A stretch of 64,000 nucleotides of DNA from an uncultured Spirochaetia bacterium (GTDB lineage: Bacteria > Spirochaetota > Spirochaetia > JABEVK01). Every line of letters starts with the position of its first letter. Position 1 is the first letter of the stretch. Made by a program: the position numbers and the translations under genes. The DNA is taken from contig CALGPJ010000005.1 of assembly GCA_937960645.1 (NCBI GenBank), positions 831 through 64,830 on the forward strand, in the 5' to 3' direction. Below the pieces are notes generated by a model, which saw only the letters and a list, made by a program, of their open reading frames with translations, was not told the DNA's origin and ran no database searches. Positions 9,589-18,248 of the stretch are shown piece after piece.

Positions 9589-10575
9589 TCACGGCAGGGC
9601 CACGGCCCCCAGCACGATCGTGATCACCTCGTCGGCGGTCAGTTCCTCGGCCTCGGCTTCGTAGCTCAACACCACCCGATGCCGCAACACGGGATGGGCC
9701 ACGGCCTTCACGTCCTCGGGCAGGACGTAGTCCCGCCCCTGAAACAGGGCCCGCACACGGGAAAGCCGGTAAAGTGCGATGCTGGCACGCGGGCTGGCGC
9801 CATAATCCAGGAAGCTCGCGAAGGCATGAGCTTTGCGATCGGTTTCTCGGGTTGCCGAAATGATGCTGATGATGTACGTGGCGATCTTGTCGTCCACCCT
9901 GACCTCCTCCACCGCTCGGCGCAGCTGGTAGAGTGCATCGGGGTTCAGGACGGTTTCGATGTGCCCCTGGGGATCGCCCTGGGCTGCAACGGTCCTGAGG
10001 ATTTGCAGCTCCTCGGACGGACTGGGGTAATCGACCAGGAGCTTGACCATAAAGCGGTCCAGCTGCGCCTCGGGCAGGGCGTAGGTCCCCTCGTGCTCGA
10101 TGGGATTTTGGGTGGCCAGAACGAAAAAGGGCCGCGGCAGGGGATGGGTTTCGTCCCCGATGGTGACCTGGGTCTCCGCCATGGCCTCCAGCAGGGCGCT
10201 TTGAACCTTGGCGGGGGCCCGATTGATTTCGTCGGCCAAAATGAAGTTGGCAAAAATGGGGCCCTTGCGCGAGACGAACTCCGCGGTCTGCGGACGGTAA
10301 ATCAGGGTTCCGATCAGGTCAGCGGGCAGTAAATCCGGGGTGAATTGAATCCGTTTGAAACTCACTCCCATCGCCTCGGCCAGGGTTTTGAGCAAGAGGG
10401 TCTTGGCCAAACCCGGCACCCCTTCCAGGAGGACGTGTCCCCCGGCGATGACCGTCATGAGCAGCTGCTCGATGAGGTTTTGCTGTCCGACGATGCGTTT
10501 GGCAATTTCTTCCCGGACAGCCTTGATTTGCTCCTGGGCCTGCTGGATGCGCCCCTCATGGTAGGGATGGTCCAT
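9589..10575 (-). CDS. moxR: MoxR family AAA+ ATPase
   Basis: GVPGLAKT, RIQFTPDLLPAD, DEINRAPAKVQSALLEAM, ATQNPIEHEGTY.LPEAQLDRF. Confidence 0.96.
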   Translation of the reverse strand: MDHPYHEGRIQQAQEQIKAVREEIAKRIVGQQNLIEQLLMTVIAGGHVLLEGVPGLAKTLLLKTLAEAMGVSFKRIQFTPDLLPADLIGTLIYRPQTAEFVSRKGPIFANFILADEINRAPAKVQSALLEAMAETQVTIGDETHPLPRPFFVLATQNPIEHEGTYALPEAQLDRFMVKLLVDYPSPSEELQILRTVAAQGDPQGHIETVLNPDALYQLRRAVEEVRVDDKIATYIISIISATRETDRKAHAFASFLDYGASPRASIALYRLSRVRALFQGRDYVLPEDVKAVAHPVLRHRVVLSYEAEAEELTADEVITIVLGAVALP

Positions 10576-10576
10576 G

Positions 10577-11851
10577 TCAACTCCTGTAATCCGCGTTCAC
10601 CTTAATATATTCGTGCGAAAGATCGCTTCCCAAAAGCCGTGCCTCAGCCGGGCCGCATTGGAGATCCAATTCGATGAGCACCTTTTCCTCGTGGGGCGGA
10701 TAATCCCGCACCTCGGGCAGGGAGACCTGCCTCAGGTAGGTCGAAAGGCGCTTTTCTGCCTCGTCACCGAGCTGAAAACAGCCCTCCCCGTAAACTCGCA
10801 GGCCGCCAATAAACAGCTGCATGCCGGAAAGATCGACATCAGGGGCGATTCGTCCCAGGCTCGAACCCGCAGCGGCCAGGATCCGCCCCACGTTGGGATC
10901 GTTGCCGTAGATGGCGGTTTTGACCAAGGGGCTGTTGACGATTTGCCGAGCTGCCGCCTGGGCCGTCGCACGGTCCGGGGCGCCGCGGACAATCACCTCG
11001 ATCACGTGGGCTGTCCCTTCTCCGTTGCGCACCACATCCTCGGCGAGTTGCGCGCAAAGGCGATGCAGGGCGTCCCGGAATTCGGCGGCGCTAACCGCAG
11101 GATATCGCCGCGACGAGAAAGCCAGGACCGCATCCGAGGTACTCTGGTCCCCGTCCACGCTGATCAGGTTGAAGGTGTCCGCCGCAACAGCGGAGAGCGC
11201 CTCCCGCAACTCTTCGCGCCCAACGCTGACGTCCGTCAGGATCAACCCGATCATGGTGGCCAGGTTGGGCTCGATCATGCCGGCCCCCTTGACCACGCCA
11301 CAGAGGCGCCCCTGGCCGAGCTGCACCGAACGGAGTTTGGGATAGGAGTCGGTGGTCATGATGGCGGTTGCCAGATCCAGGAGATCCCCTTGCCCCAGGG
11401 AAGAGATGAGATCGGGCAGAAGCTGGCACATGGGCTCGACCGGCAGCTTCCACCCGATCACGCCGGTGCTCAGCACGAAGAGACGTTGGGGCTCCTCCTT
11501 GAGTTCGTTGGCGACGGCCTTTTGAAGGAGCTGGGCATCCTCCAGGCCACCCGGAGCCCCCACGTTGGCCACCTTGGTGTTCACCAGCACACCACGGGCC
11601 AAAGGCTCCCCCAACAAGCGGCGTGCCAGAACCACCGGCGCACCCGCAAAGGCATTCCGGGTCAGGACGGCGGCGAAACTCGGTGTGGGTTCGTCGAGCA
11701 CCAGGGCAGCGAGCTTCATGGGAAGGGGTTTTTCGACCGGCTTTTCTGCGGGAAAAAACTCCAGACGGCCGGTGGCCACCTTAAAACCTTCCGGAAGTCG
11801 TGACCAGGACCTCAGAGTCTGTCGGTAGGCTGTCGAATCTCTCCACTCCAT
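10577..11851 (-). CDS. argJ: ornithine acetyltransferase / N-acetylglutamate synthase
   Basis: STGVIG, IMTTD, KGAGMIEPNLAT autocleavage site, SVDGDQSTSD, SPLVKTAIYGNDPNVGR, C-terminal INADYRS-like end. Confidence 0.93.
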   Translation of the reverse strand: MEWRDSTAYRQTLRSWSRLPEGFKVATGRLEFFPAEKPVEKPLPMKLAALVLDEPTPSFAAVLTRNAFAGAPVVLARRLLGEPLARGVLVNTKVANVGAPGGLEDAQLLQKAVANELKEEPQRLFVLSTGVIGWKLPVEPMCQLLPDLISSLGQGDLLDLATAIMTTDSYPKLRSVQLGQGRLCGVVKGAGMIEPNLATMIGLILTDVSVGREELREALSAVAADTFNLISVDGDQSTSDAVLAFSSRRYPAVSAAEFRDALHRLCAQLAEDVVRNGEGTAHVIEVIVRGAPDRATAQAAARQIVNSPLVKTAIYGNDPNVGRILAAAGSSLGRIAPDVDLSGMQLFIGGLRVYGEGCFQLGDEAEKRLSTYLRQVSLPEVRDYPPHEEKVLIELDLQCGPAEARLLGSDLSHEYIKVNADYRS

Positions 11852-12761
11852 TACCAATGGTATACCCCAGAGCGGCAGGTATGGCAAGCTGTAAGAGGAT
11901 GGGCAGGTGGTCGGAGTAGCCGCCCCGGTCGCGCTGGGAATAACCGCGCGGCGCTCCGTTTGCGGTCAACAGATGGGGCAAGATCATTATCTCCAGGGTG
12001 GCCTGAATGGTCTGCGGCGGAAACACCAGAGCATGGTCCAGGGTGTTCCATACCCCGCGAAAAAAATACGTGCCGCCGCGGCCCCTCACCTGGATCCATT
12101 CCGGCAGAAGCCCCTCACTCTGAAGGTCCGAGTTGAAATCCCCCACAGCGATCAGGATGAGATCGGGATCCCGGGAGCGGAGCCACGTGGCCCGCTCGCT
12201 CAAACGCGCAGCCGCGGCTACCCTGGCCTGGCGGGTGGAGGTGGCTCCGTCCCGTTGGCTCTTCCAGTGGTTGTTCCACACCACCAGCGTGCGCTCTTCC
12301 CAGGCCAGCTCCATTTCCAGGATGGGGCGCTGTGGCTCGCCTCGGTAGTCGGGCAGCTCGATCCGGGCCACCCTTCGCGGGGGCTGCCGGGTGAGGAATA
12401 CGGGAATGATCCGAAGCTGTGCTTCGTCGAATCCCACCACCGTGTAGTTTTCCCGATTGAGAAACCGACTGCTCAGGGTGCGTGCGGTGTTGAGGTTTTC
12501 CACCTCCTGAAGGGCCACCACGTCGGGTATGCCTCCGGGAGCTTCGCGGATGATCTGAGCGGTGCGCTCCAAACGTTGTAAAAACAAGGTACGGTTCCAA
12601 CTGCCTCGGGTCGGATCGAACTCCGGGGGTTCACCGCCATCGGCCACGTCATCGAACAAGTTGTGCACGTTCCAACTCAGAAGGCGGAACGCCACCTCCT
12701 GCTGCAGGCTCCAGGAACACCCCCACACAAGGCACAGAAATATCAAAAAAGCCTTTTTCAT
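11781..12761 (-). CDS. endonuclease/exonuclease/phosphatase family lipoprotein
   Basis: Lipobox VWGC. WNVHNLFD, LQEVE, NHWKS, GDFN, LDH, YSDHLP. Confidence 0.88.
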   Translation of the reverse strand: MKKAFLIFLCLVWGCSWSLQQEVAFRLLSWNVHNLFDDVADGGEPPEFDPTRGSWNRTLFLQRLERTAQIIREAPGGIPDVVALQEVENLNTARTLSSRFLNRENYTVVGFDEAQLRIIPVFLTRQPPRRVARIELPDYRGEPQRPILEMELAWEERTLVVWNNHWKSQRDGATSTRQARVAAAARLSERATWLRSRDPDLILIAVGDFNSDLQSEGLLPEWIQVRGRGGTYFFRGVWNTLDHALVFPPQTIQATLEIMILPHLLTANGAPRGYSQRDRGGYSDHLPILLQLAIPAALGYTIGNGVERFDSLPTDSEVLVTTSGRF

Positions 12762-12822
12762 CGGTACCTCCGATAAAAAAGGCAATTTTCATGGGATTTG
12801 TCCCGAATTATGGCCGAACGAT

Positions 12823-14331
12823 CTAGTCCTCGTCTTCGTCGTCGGTTCCCGAGTCTACATCCTCGCCCTCGACCTCGCCCTCGTCGTCGTAGCCCTCGAG
12901 GCCATAGCGCTTGATCTTATTTTTCAACCCCTGCCGACTGATCATGAGGTTGCGCGCCGTTTGCGAGATGTTGAGGTTGTGCTGCTCCAGGGCGTTCTGG
13001 ATCAACTCTTTTTCGATGCTGCGGATGAACTCCTTCATGCTGTAAGCGTGGGCCCCATTCGGCAGCTGGATGGTGCGAATGACGGCCGTCTCGCCCTGAA
13101 TCTTGCGGTACATTTCCACGTTTTCGTCGAGGATCTTTCCCAGGTCTTCCAGGTCGATGGCCTCGTTTTTTCGGCTCCGCGTCTGTACGTAGACCTTTTC
13201 GATCAGTCCCTCGAGTTCGCGGACGTTCCCCGGGTAAAGATATCGGGTGAAAAACTCGATCGCCTCGGTGGTCAACGGGGGGAAGTTGATGTTGCGCCGC
13301 TTGACGATGAAGTCGATCAGGCCGACGATGTCGCTGCGACGGTCGCGAAGCGGCGGAATCTGAATATGCAGAGTACCGATCTTGTAAAAGAGGTCTTTCC
13401 GTATTTTGCCGGCTTGAACCTCCCGCAGCGGATCCTGGACACACGAAAAAATCAGGCGGACATCGGCCGTTTTCTCCTGATCACCCCCCGCATTGTAATA
13501 GGTGCCGTAGTTCAGGTAACGTAAAATCTTGGCCTGGATGGCCTTGTCGAGCAGCATAAATCCCGAAATGTACAGGATTCCGCGGTCAGCCTGGGCAAGA
13601 AACCCTTCGCGATCGGTCTTGGTCCCGCCCTTGCTGAATCCGAACAGCTCCAGCTCCACGGCTTCTTCGTTGAAGTTGCTCACATCGAAATGCACGAAGG
13701 GAAGGTCACGACGATTGCTGAGCTTGTGCAAGACCTGGGCACAGAGTTTTTTGCCGGTGCCTTCCTCGCCCGAAATCAGGACGGGGTGGTCGCTGAGCGC
13801 ATAGGTCTTGAGCTGCTCTTTGATCTTGAGCATCGAAGGATGGGTGCCGTAGATGGCGTCGAGGGGGTTGGCCTTATGAAACTTGAGAAGAGAGTTTTCC
13901 TGGCGGAGAATTTGGTTTTCGTTGGCCTGTTCTTCCCGCTCCTGACGCTCGTGACGCCACCGCGCCAGGTCGGCCAGAGCCCCTTCGACAATTTTCTCCA
14001 ACCGATCCACCTCGACAGGTTTCACCAGGTACTGATAGAGGAGTTTGCTGTTGACCGCGTCGAGCATGATCTCGGTATCGGTATAAGCGGACAGGACCAG
14101 GGCGAAATAGTCGTCTTTTTGTTTTTTGATTTCCCGGATCAATTCCAGACCAGTCATTCCCGGCATCTTTTGATCCGCGATCAAAAGATCGAAGGGTTTG
14201 GAAAGGCAATAGGCGAGGGCCTTTTTGGGATCGTTGAAGATCACCAGGTCAAACCGAGACAGGGCATTTTCGACGATTTTGGCCGTTGTTTTTTCATCGT
14301 CGACCAACACGATGCGTTGAAGATTCGGCAT
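12823..14331 (-). CDS. NtrC-like response regulator (REC-AAA-Fis HTH) with a degenerate AAA domain
   Basis: Receiver VDDE/ADQKMP/LVKP. Walker A GEEGTGK. No GAFTGA. Walker B reads LYISGF. YPGNVRELE, Fis-type HTH and an acidic tail. Confidence 0.85.
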   Translation of the reverse strand: MPNLQRIVLVDDEKTTAKIVENALSRFDLVIFNDPKKALAYCLSKPFDLLIADQKMPGMTGLELIREIKKQKDDYFALVLSAYTDTEIMLDAVNSKLLYQYLVKPVEVDRLEKIVEGALADLARWRHERQEREEQANENQILRQENSLLKFHKANPLDAIYGTHPSMLKIKEQLKTYALSDHPVLISGEEGTGKKLCAQVLHKLSNRRDLPFVHFDVSNFNEEAVELELFGFSKGGTKTDREGFLAQADRGILYISGFMLLDKAIQAKILRYLNYGTYYNAGGDQEKTADVRLIFSCVQDPLREVQAGKIRKDLFYKIGTLHIQIPPLRDRRSDIVGLIDFIVKRRNINFPPLTTEAIEFFTRYLYPGNVRELEGLIEKVYVQTRSRKNEAIDLEDLGKILDENVEMYRKIQGETAVIRTIQLPNGAHAYSMKEFIRSIEKELIQNALEQHNLNISQTARNLMISRQGLKNKIKRYGLEGYDDEGEVEGEDVDSGTDDEDED

Positions 14332-14337
14332 AGTTTT

Positions 14338-14366
14338 AATTTAGGAAAATGCGATAAAATTGTCAA
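14338..14366 (-). promoter_or_regulatory. sigma70 promoter, leaderless-type
   Basis: TTGACA-N17-TAAATT, then 6 nt to the ATG at 14331. Confidence 0.65.
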
Positions 14367-14423
14367 TATGATTTTTAATAATGAATTATCAGTAAGTCTG
14401 ACTATTATTTAGAGATGGACTGC

Positions 14424-15113
14424 CTAATCTATGGTCACCGTATTTCCCGGGATGGGACGGCGTCGGGTTTGCCAGTCCCGGTAACCCGCCTGATTCAGGC
14501 GGCTTTCCACCGAAGCCAGGTTTCGCTCCTCCACCTGCAGAAACACACGGTAAATCGACCCCTCGCTACGGATTTGAGGTTGCAGCTCCAAACGCGCCAG
14601 ATCGCGGGCATATTGGAGGGCCCGTTCCCGGCTGCTGAGTGCGATCATCTGGACGAAGACGGGATTGACGCTTCCTTCGGAAGCCACGGGGGTCCTTGGC
14701 TGATCGACCGTCGGCGGCGCTACCGGTTGCGGCGAGGTGATGGGTCTCTCCTCGGCCAGGGTTTCCGGATTGTCCAGAACCTCGATCTGAACCCGGCCCA
14801 CTCCCAGGGGTAAGAGGCCGATTTCCTGGGCGGCTGCCCGGCTCAAGTCGATGATACGGTTTTCCACGAAGGGACCTCGGTCGTTGATTCGCACCACCAC
14901 ACTCCGACCGCTCGAAAGCAAGGTCACGCGTACCCGAGTTCCAAAGGGCAAGGTTCGATGGGCGCCCGTGTACTGATTCATGTCGAAGGTTTCACCGCTG
15001 GCCGTGCGCCGACCGTGAAAGGGCTGGCCGTACCAGCTCGCCAGACCCGATCCGGACTGCGCGCCTAAGGACAGGGTAAGGAGGCTCAACAAAAAGAAAT
15101 GGAGGTACCTCAT
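14424..15113 (-). CDS. rlpA: septal ring lytic transglycosylase RlpA family protein with C-terminal SPOR-like domain
   Basis: GLASWYG..FHGRRTASGE.FD...TGAHRTLPFGT...VRINDRGPF...IIDLS. Confidence 0.93.
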   Translation of the reverse strand: MRYLHFFLLSLLTLSLGAQSGSGLASWYGQPFHGRRTASGETFDMNQYTGAHRTLPFGTRVRVTLLSSGRSVVVRINDRGPFVENRIIDLSRAAAQEIGLLPLGVGRVQIEVLDNPETLAEERPITSPQPVAPPTVDQPRTPVASEGSVNPVFVQMIALSSRERALQYARDLARLELQPQIRSEGSIYRVFLQVEERNLASVESRLNQAGYRDWQTRRRPIPGNTVTID

Positions 15114-15170
15114 ATCCCCGTTATCGGCAGTGGTTGTCTCAAACTACAGATCAACCTAGAATACACAGCC

Positions 15171-16748
15171 ATGAGCGACCTCGATACCGGACATTGGGCC
15201 GACATTTACGCCGAAAAGGTTTTGCGGGAAAAAGGGCCCAAAGATCAGTATGTGTGCGCCTCGGGAATCACCCCGAGCGGCACGGTGCACATCGGCAATT
15301 TCCGCGAGATCATCTCGGTGGACCTCGTGGTGCGTGCCTTGAGGGACCGAGGGCAGAGGGTCAGGTTCATATACTCCTGGGACGATTACGACGTGTTTCG
15401 CAAGGTTCCTAAGAACATGCCCGAACAGGAGCTCCTTGCCACCTATCTCCGACAGCCCATCACCCTGGTCCCCGACACCACCGGCCGCGCGCAAAATTAC
15501 GCCCGGGCGAACGAGCTCGAGGTGGAACAAACCCTGCCCCTGGTCGGCATCTTTCCGGAGTATATCTACCAGGCCGAGAGGTACCGCAGCAGCACCTACG
15601 CGGCCCAAATCCGCCACGCCCTGGAAAACACGGCCAGGATCAAGGCCACCCTGGATGCGCACCGTACCGAGCCCCTTCCCGACGACTGGCTTCCCGTCAG
15701 CGTGTTCTGCACCCGCTGCAACCGCGACACCACCACCGTGACCGGCTGGGATGGGGAATGGGGCGTTTCGTACACCTGTTCCTCGTGCGGCAACGAAGAG
15801 ACGGTGGACCTGCGCACCACAGGGGCCGTGAAACTCCCCTGGAGGGTGGACTGGCCGATGCGCTGGGTTTACGAGGGAGTCGACTTCGAGCCCGCGGGCA
15901 AGGATCATCACAGCGAGGGCGGCAGCTTCGACACCGCCCGGGAAACGGTCAAGGTCTTCGGCGGCACCGCCCCCGTCACCTTTCAGTACGACTTCATCAG
16001 CATCAAGGGTCGAGGAGGCAAGATCAGCTCCAGCTCCGGCGAGGTCATCAGTCTGCCCGACGTCCTGGAGATCTACACCCCCGAGGTCACCCGTTATCTG
16101 TTCGCTGGCACCCGTCCCAACGCCGAGTTTGCCATCAGCTTCGATCTGGACGTGATCAAGATTTACGAAGACTACGACAGGTGCGAGCGGATTTACTACG
16201 GGGTCCAGGAAGTCAACGAAAAAGAACGCAAGAAACAATCGCGCATTTACGAACTTAGCCAAAGGGATAAACCCGAACCTCAGATGCCGTACCAGGCCGG
16301 CATCCGCCAACTCACCAACCTCCTGCAGACCTACATGGGGGACCAGGAACGCACCCTCGCCGCCCTGCCCGGGGTGCGCCCCGATCAGGTGGCCCGACTC
16401 AAGGAGCGCATCCGCTGCGCCTGGAATTGGGTTAGCCACCACGCCCCCGCCGACTTCAAGTTCAGCCTCCGAACCGAGCCGGCCCCTCGGGACGTTTTGG
16501 AAGCCGGCTTCCATCCCGCCCTGGCCGTCCTCTACCGCCACCTTCGCGACGACTGGGATCGGTACGACGAAAAGGGCTGGCAAAACCTGGTCTACGAGCT
16601 GGCTCGGGAGCACGGTCTGGACCCCAAGCAGTTTTTCCAGGCCATCTACCTGGTCCTCATCGCCAAGACCGAAGGGCCCCGGCTCGGGAACTTTATCCAG
16701 ATCATCGGCCGTAATGACCTGCTCAAGCTCCTGGGAAGCTGGTCATGA
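15171..16748 (+). CDS. lysS: lysine--tRNA ligase, class I
   Basis: HWAD, SGITPSGTVHIGNFRE, KLPWRVDWPMRW, EPAGKDH, KISSS. Upstream TTGTCT-N17-TAGAAT-8nt-ATG. Confidence 0.97.
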   Translation: MSDLDTGHWADIYAEKVLREKGPKDQYVCASGITPSGTVHIGNFREIISVDLVVRALRDRGQRVRFIYSWDDYDVFRKVPKNMPEQELLATYLRQPITLVPDTTGRAQNYARANELEVEQTLPLVGIFPEYIYQAERYRSSTYAAQIRHALENTARIKATLDAHRTEPLPDDWLPVSVFCTRCNRDTTTVTGWDGEWGVSYTCSSCGNEETVDLRTTGAVKLPWRVDWPMRWVYEGVDFEPAGKDHHSEGGSFDTARETVKVFGGTAPVTFQYDFISIKGRGGKISSSSGEVISLPDVLEIYTPEVTRYLFAGTRPNAEFAISFDLDVIKIYEDYDRCERIYYGVQEVNEKERKKQSRIYELSQRDKPEPQMPYQAGIRQLTNLLQTYMGDQERTLAALPGVRPDQVARLKERIRCAWNWVSHHAPADFKFSLRTEPAPRDVLEAGFHPALAVLYRHLRDDWDRYDEKGWQNLVYELAREHGLDPKQFFQAIYLVLIAKTEGPRLGNFIQIIGRNDLLKLLGSWS

Positions 16749-17470
16749 GTATAGAAGAGGCAAAAAAGCGGGCCGCCTACCAGGCCGTTGACACCTACGT
16801 GAAGCCGGGTGTGCGGTTGGGGATGGGCACCGGATCCACCGCAGCCTACGTGTTGGAAAGGGTCACCGCCCTGTGGAACGCGGGCCACCTCGAGGGGCTC
16901 CTGGTGGTGCCCACCAGTCTGGGCACCGAGTGGGCCTGCCGTCAGGCGAGTCTGCCCGTCACCACCCTGGACGATCCCCGCATCCAGGGCCGGCTGGATG
17001 TGACGCTGGACGGAGCCGACGTCATCGCACCACAGCTGAGCCTGATCAAGGGCGGCGGGGGCGCCCTGTTGACCGAAAAAATCGTGGCCCGCGCTTCGGA
17101 CCAATTCGTGGTGGTCGCCGACGCGAGTAAACTCCAGCCCCACCTGGGAACCGGCTTTCCCCTGCCTCTCGAGGTCCTCCCCCAGGCCCAGGCCCTGGTG
17201 CTGCGCTTGCTGCGGGAGATGGGGGCCCAGGCCCACATTCGGCAGGGGGGCGGCAAGGCGGGGCCGGTCATCACCGATAGTGGCCACATTCTGATCGATG
17301 TCGTCTTCCCTGCCCCCATCGACCCGGTTGCCATGGAAAGGGAGCTGGACTCCATTCCCGGCGTGCTCGAATCCGGCCTCTTTGTCCGACTGGCCCACGC
17401 TGCGGTGGTGGGTCACCCGGGCGGCCGCGTCGAGGTGCTTCGGTTTGATTCTCCGGCATCTTTTCATTAA
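16745..17470 (+). CDS. rpiA: ribose-5-phosphate isomerase A
   Basis: GMGTGST, DGAD, IKGGGGALLTEK, PLPLEV. Confidence 0.96.
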   Translation: MSIEEAKKRAAYQAVDTYVKPGVRLGMGTGSTAAYVLERVTALWNAGHLEGLLVVPTSLGTEWACRQASLPVTTLDDPRIQGRLDVTLDGADVIAPQLSLIKGGGGALLTEKIVARASDQFVVVADASKLQPHLGTGFPLPLEVLPQAQALVLRLLREMGAQAHIRQGGGKAGPVITDSGHILIDVVFPAPIDPVAMERELDSIPGVLESGLFVRLAHAAVVGHPGGRVEVLRFDSPASFH

Positions 17471-17473
17471 GAT
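17445..17473 (+). promoter_or_regulatory. internal sigma70 promoter for hemerythrin
   Basis: TTGATT-N17-TAAGAT at the end of rpiA. Confidence 0.5.
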
Positions 17474-17491
17474 AATTTCAGGGGGTAAAAA

Positions 17492-17899
17492 ATGGCGTTT
17501 ATCGATTGGAGTGCCGAGTACGATGTCGGCGTCAACCTATTCAACAAACAGCACCAAGGACTGGTGGCCCTGGTCAACAAGCTCCACGAGGCGATGCTCG
17601 AGGGCAAGAGCCGCAGCGTGATGTCTTCCATCCTGGATGACCTCATCAAGTACACAGCGGAACATTTTTCCAGCGAGGAAGAGTATTTCCACAAGCACCA
17701 TTATCCCCTCGACGCGGAACACACTCAGCAGCACCAGGCTTTGACCGACCAGGTCATCAAGTTCAAACAGGACTACGAATCGGGACAGACGACCATCGGC
17801 GTTCCCCTGCTGGATTTCCTGCGCAAGTGGCTGGTAGAACACATCCAGGGCGCCGACATGAAATACAAAAGCTTTTTCCAGGAAAAGGGTGTTTCCTGA
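17492..17899 (+). CDS. bacteriohemerythrin
   Basis: FIDWS..YDVGV, QHQGL, HFSSEE, H...H, WLVEHIQGAD. Confidence 0.93.
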   Translation: MAFIDWSAEYDVGVNLFNKQHQGLVALVNKLHEAMLEGKSRSVMSSILDDLIKYTAEHFSSEEEYFHKHHYPLDAEHTQQHQALTDQVIKFKQDYESGQTTIGVPLLDFLRKWLVEHIQGADMKYKSFFQEKGVS

Positions 17900-17911
17900 G
17901 GGAACCACGCG

Positions 17912-18124
17912 ATGATTGAGCTCCATTCCACCCTCACCTGCTGCTTTTGTCAAAAAACAACATCTCTCACCATGCCGGAGGATGCCTGCCAGGTGTTTTT
18001 TGAGTGCCCCCATTGCCACCAGATTCTGCGTCCCAAACCAGGGGACTGTTGCGTGTTTTGTTCATACGGGGACGTTCCCTGCCCGCCGGTCCAGCAAGAA
18101 AGGCTGAACGGACGCTCGCCTTAG
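17912..18124 (+). CDS. GDCCVxC domain small Cys-rich protein
   Basis: STLTCCFC...MPEDACQVFFECPHC...LRPKPGDCCVFCSYGDVPCPP. Confidence 0.85.
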   Translation: MIELHSTLTCCFCQKTTSLTMPEDACQVFFECPHCHQILRPKPGDCCVFCSYGDVPCPPVQQERLNGRSP

Positions 18125-18248
18125 CGTGCCGATCGCGAACGAAACTAACGAAAATCTAACATCAATAGGTCAATTTTTTGATTTAAAATAAGTTGATAGT
18201 GTTTTTACTCTGATATCATTCTAAGGCTTTTGCCTGGGGGTAGAGAAC

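Noticed and set aside
15156-16613. 485-aa ORF antisense to lysS (similar long shadows at 6743-7963, 10574-11803, 19899-21212, 26102-27526, 27486-28760, 30825-32543)
   Set aside because: These are antisense shadow frames expected from GC-rich codon usage. They carry no motifs and lie fully opposite well-supported genes.
17912-18124. Possible selenoprotein (GDCCVxC family)
   Set aside because: There is no in-frame UGA. All relevant positions are Cys codons and the ORF ends in TAG.
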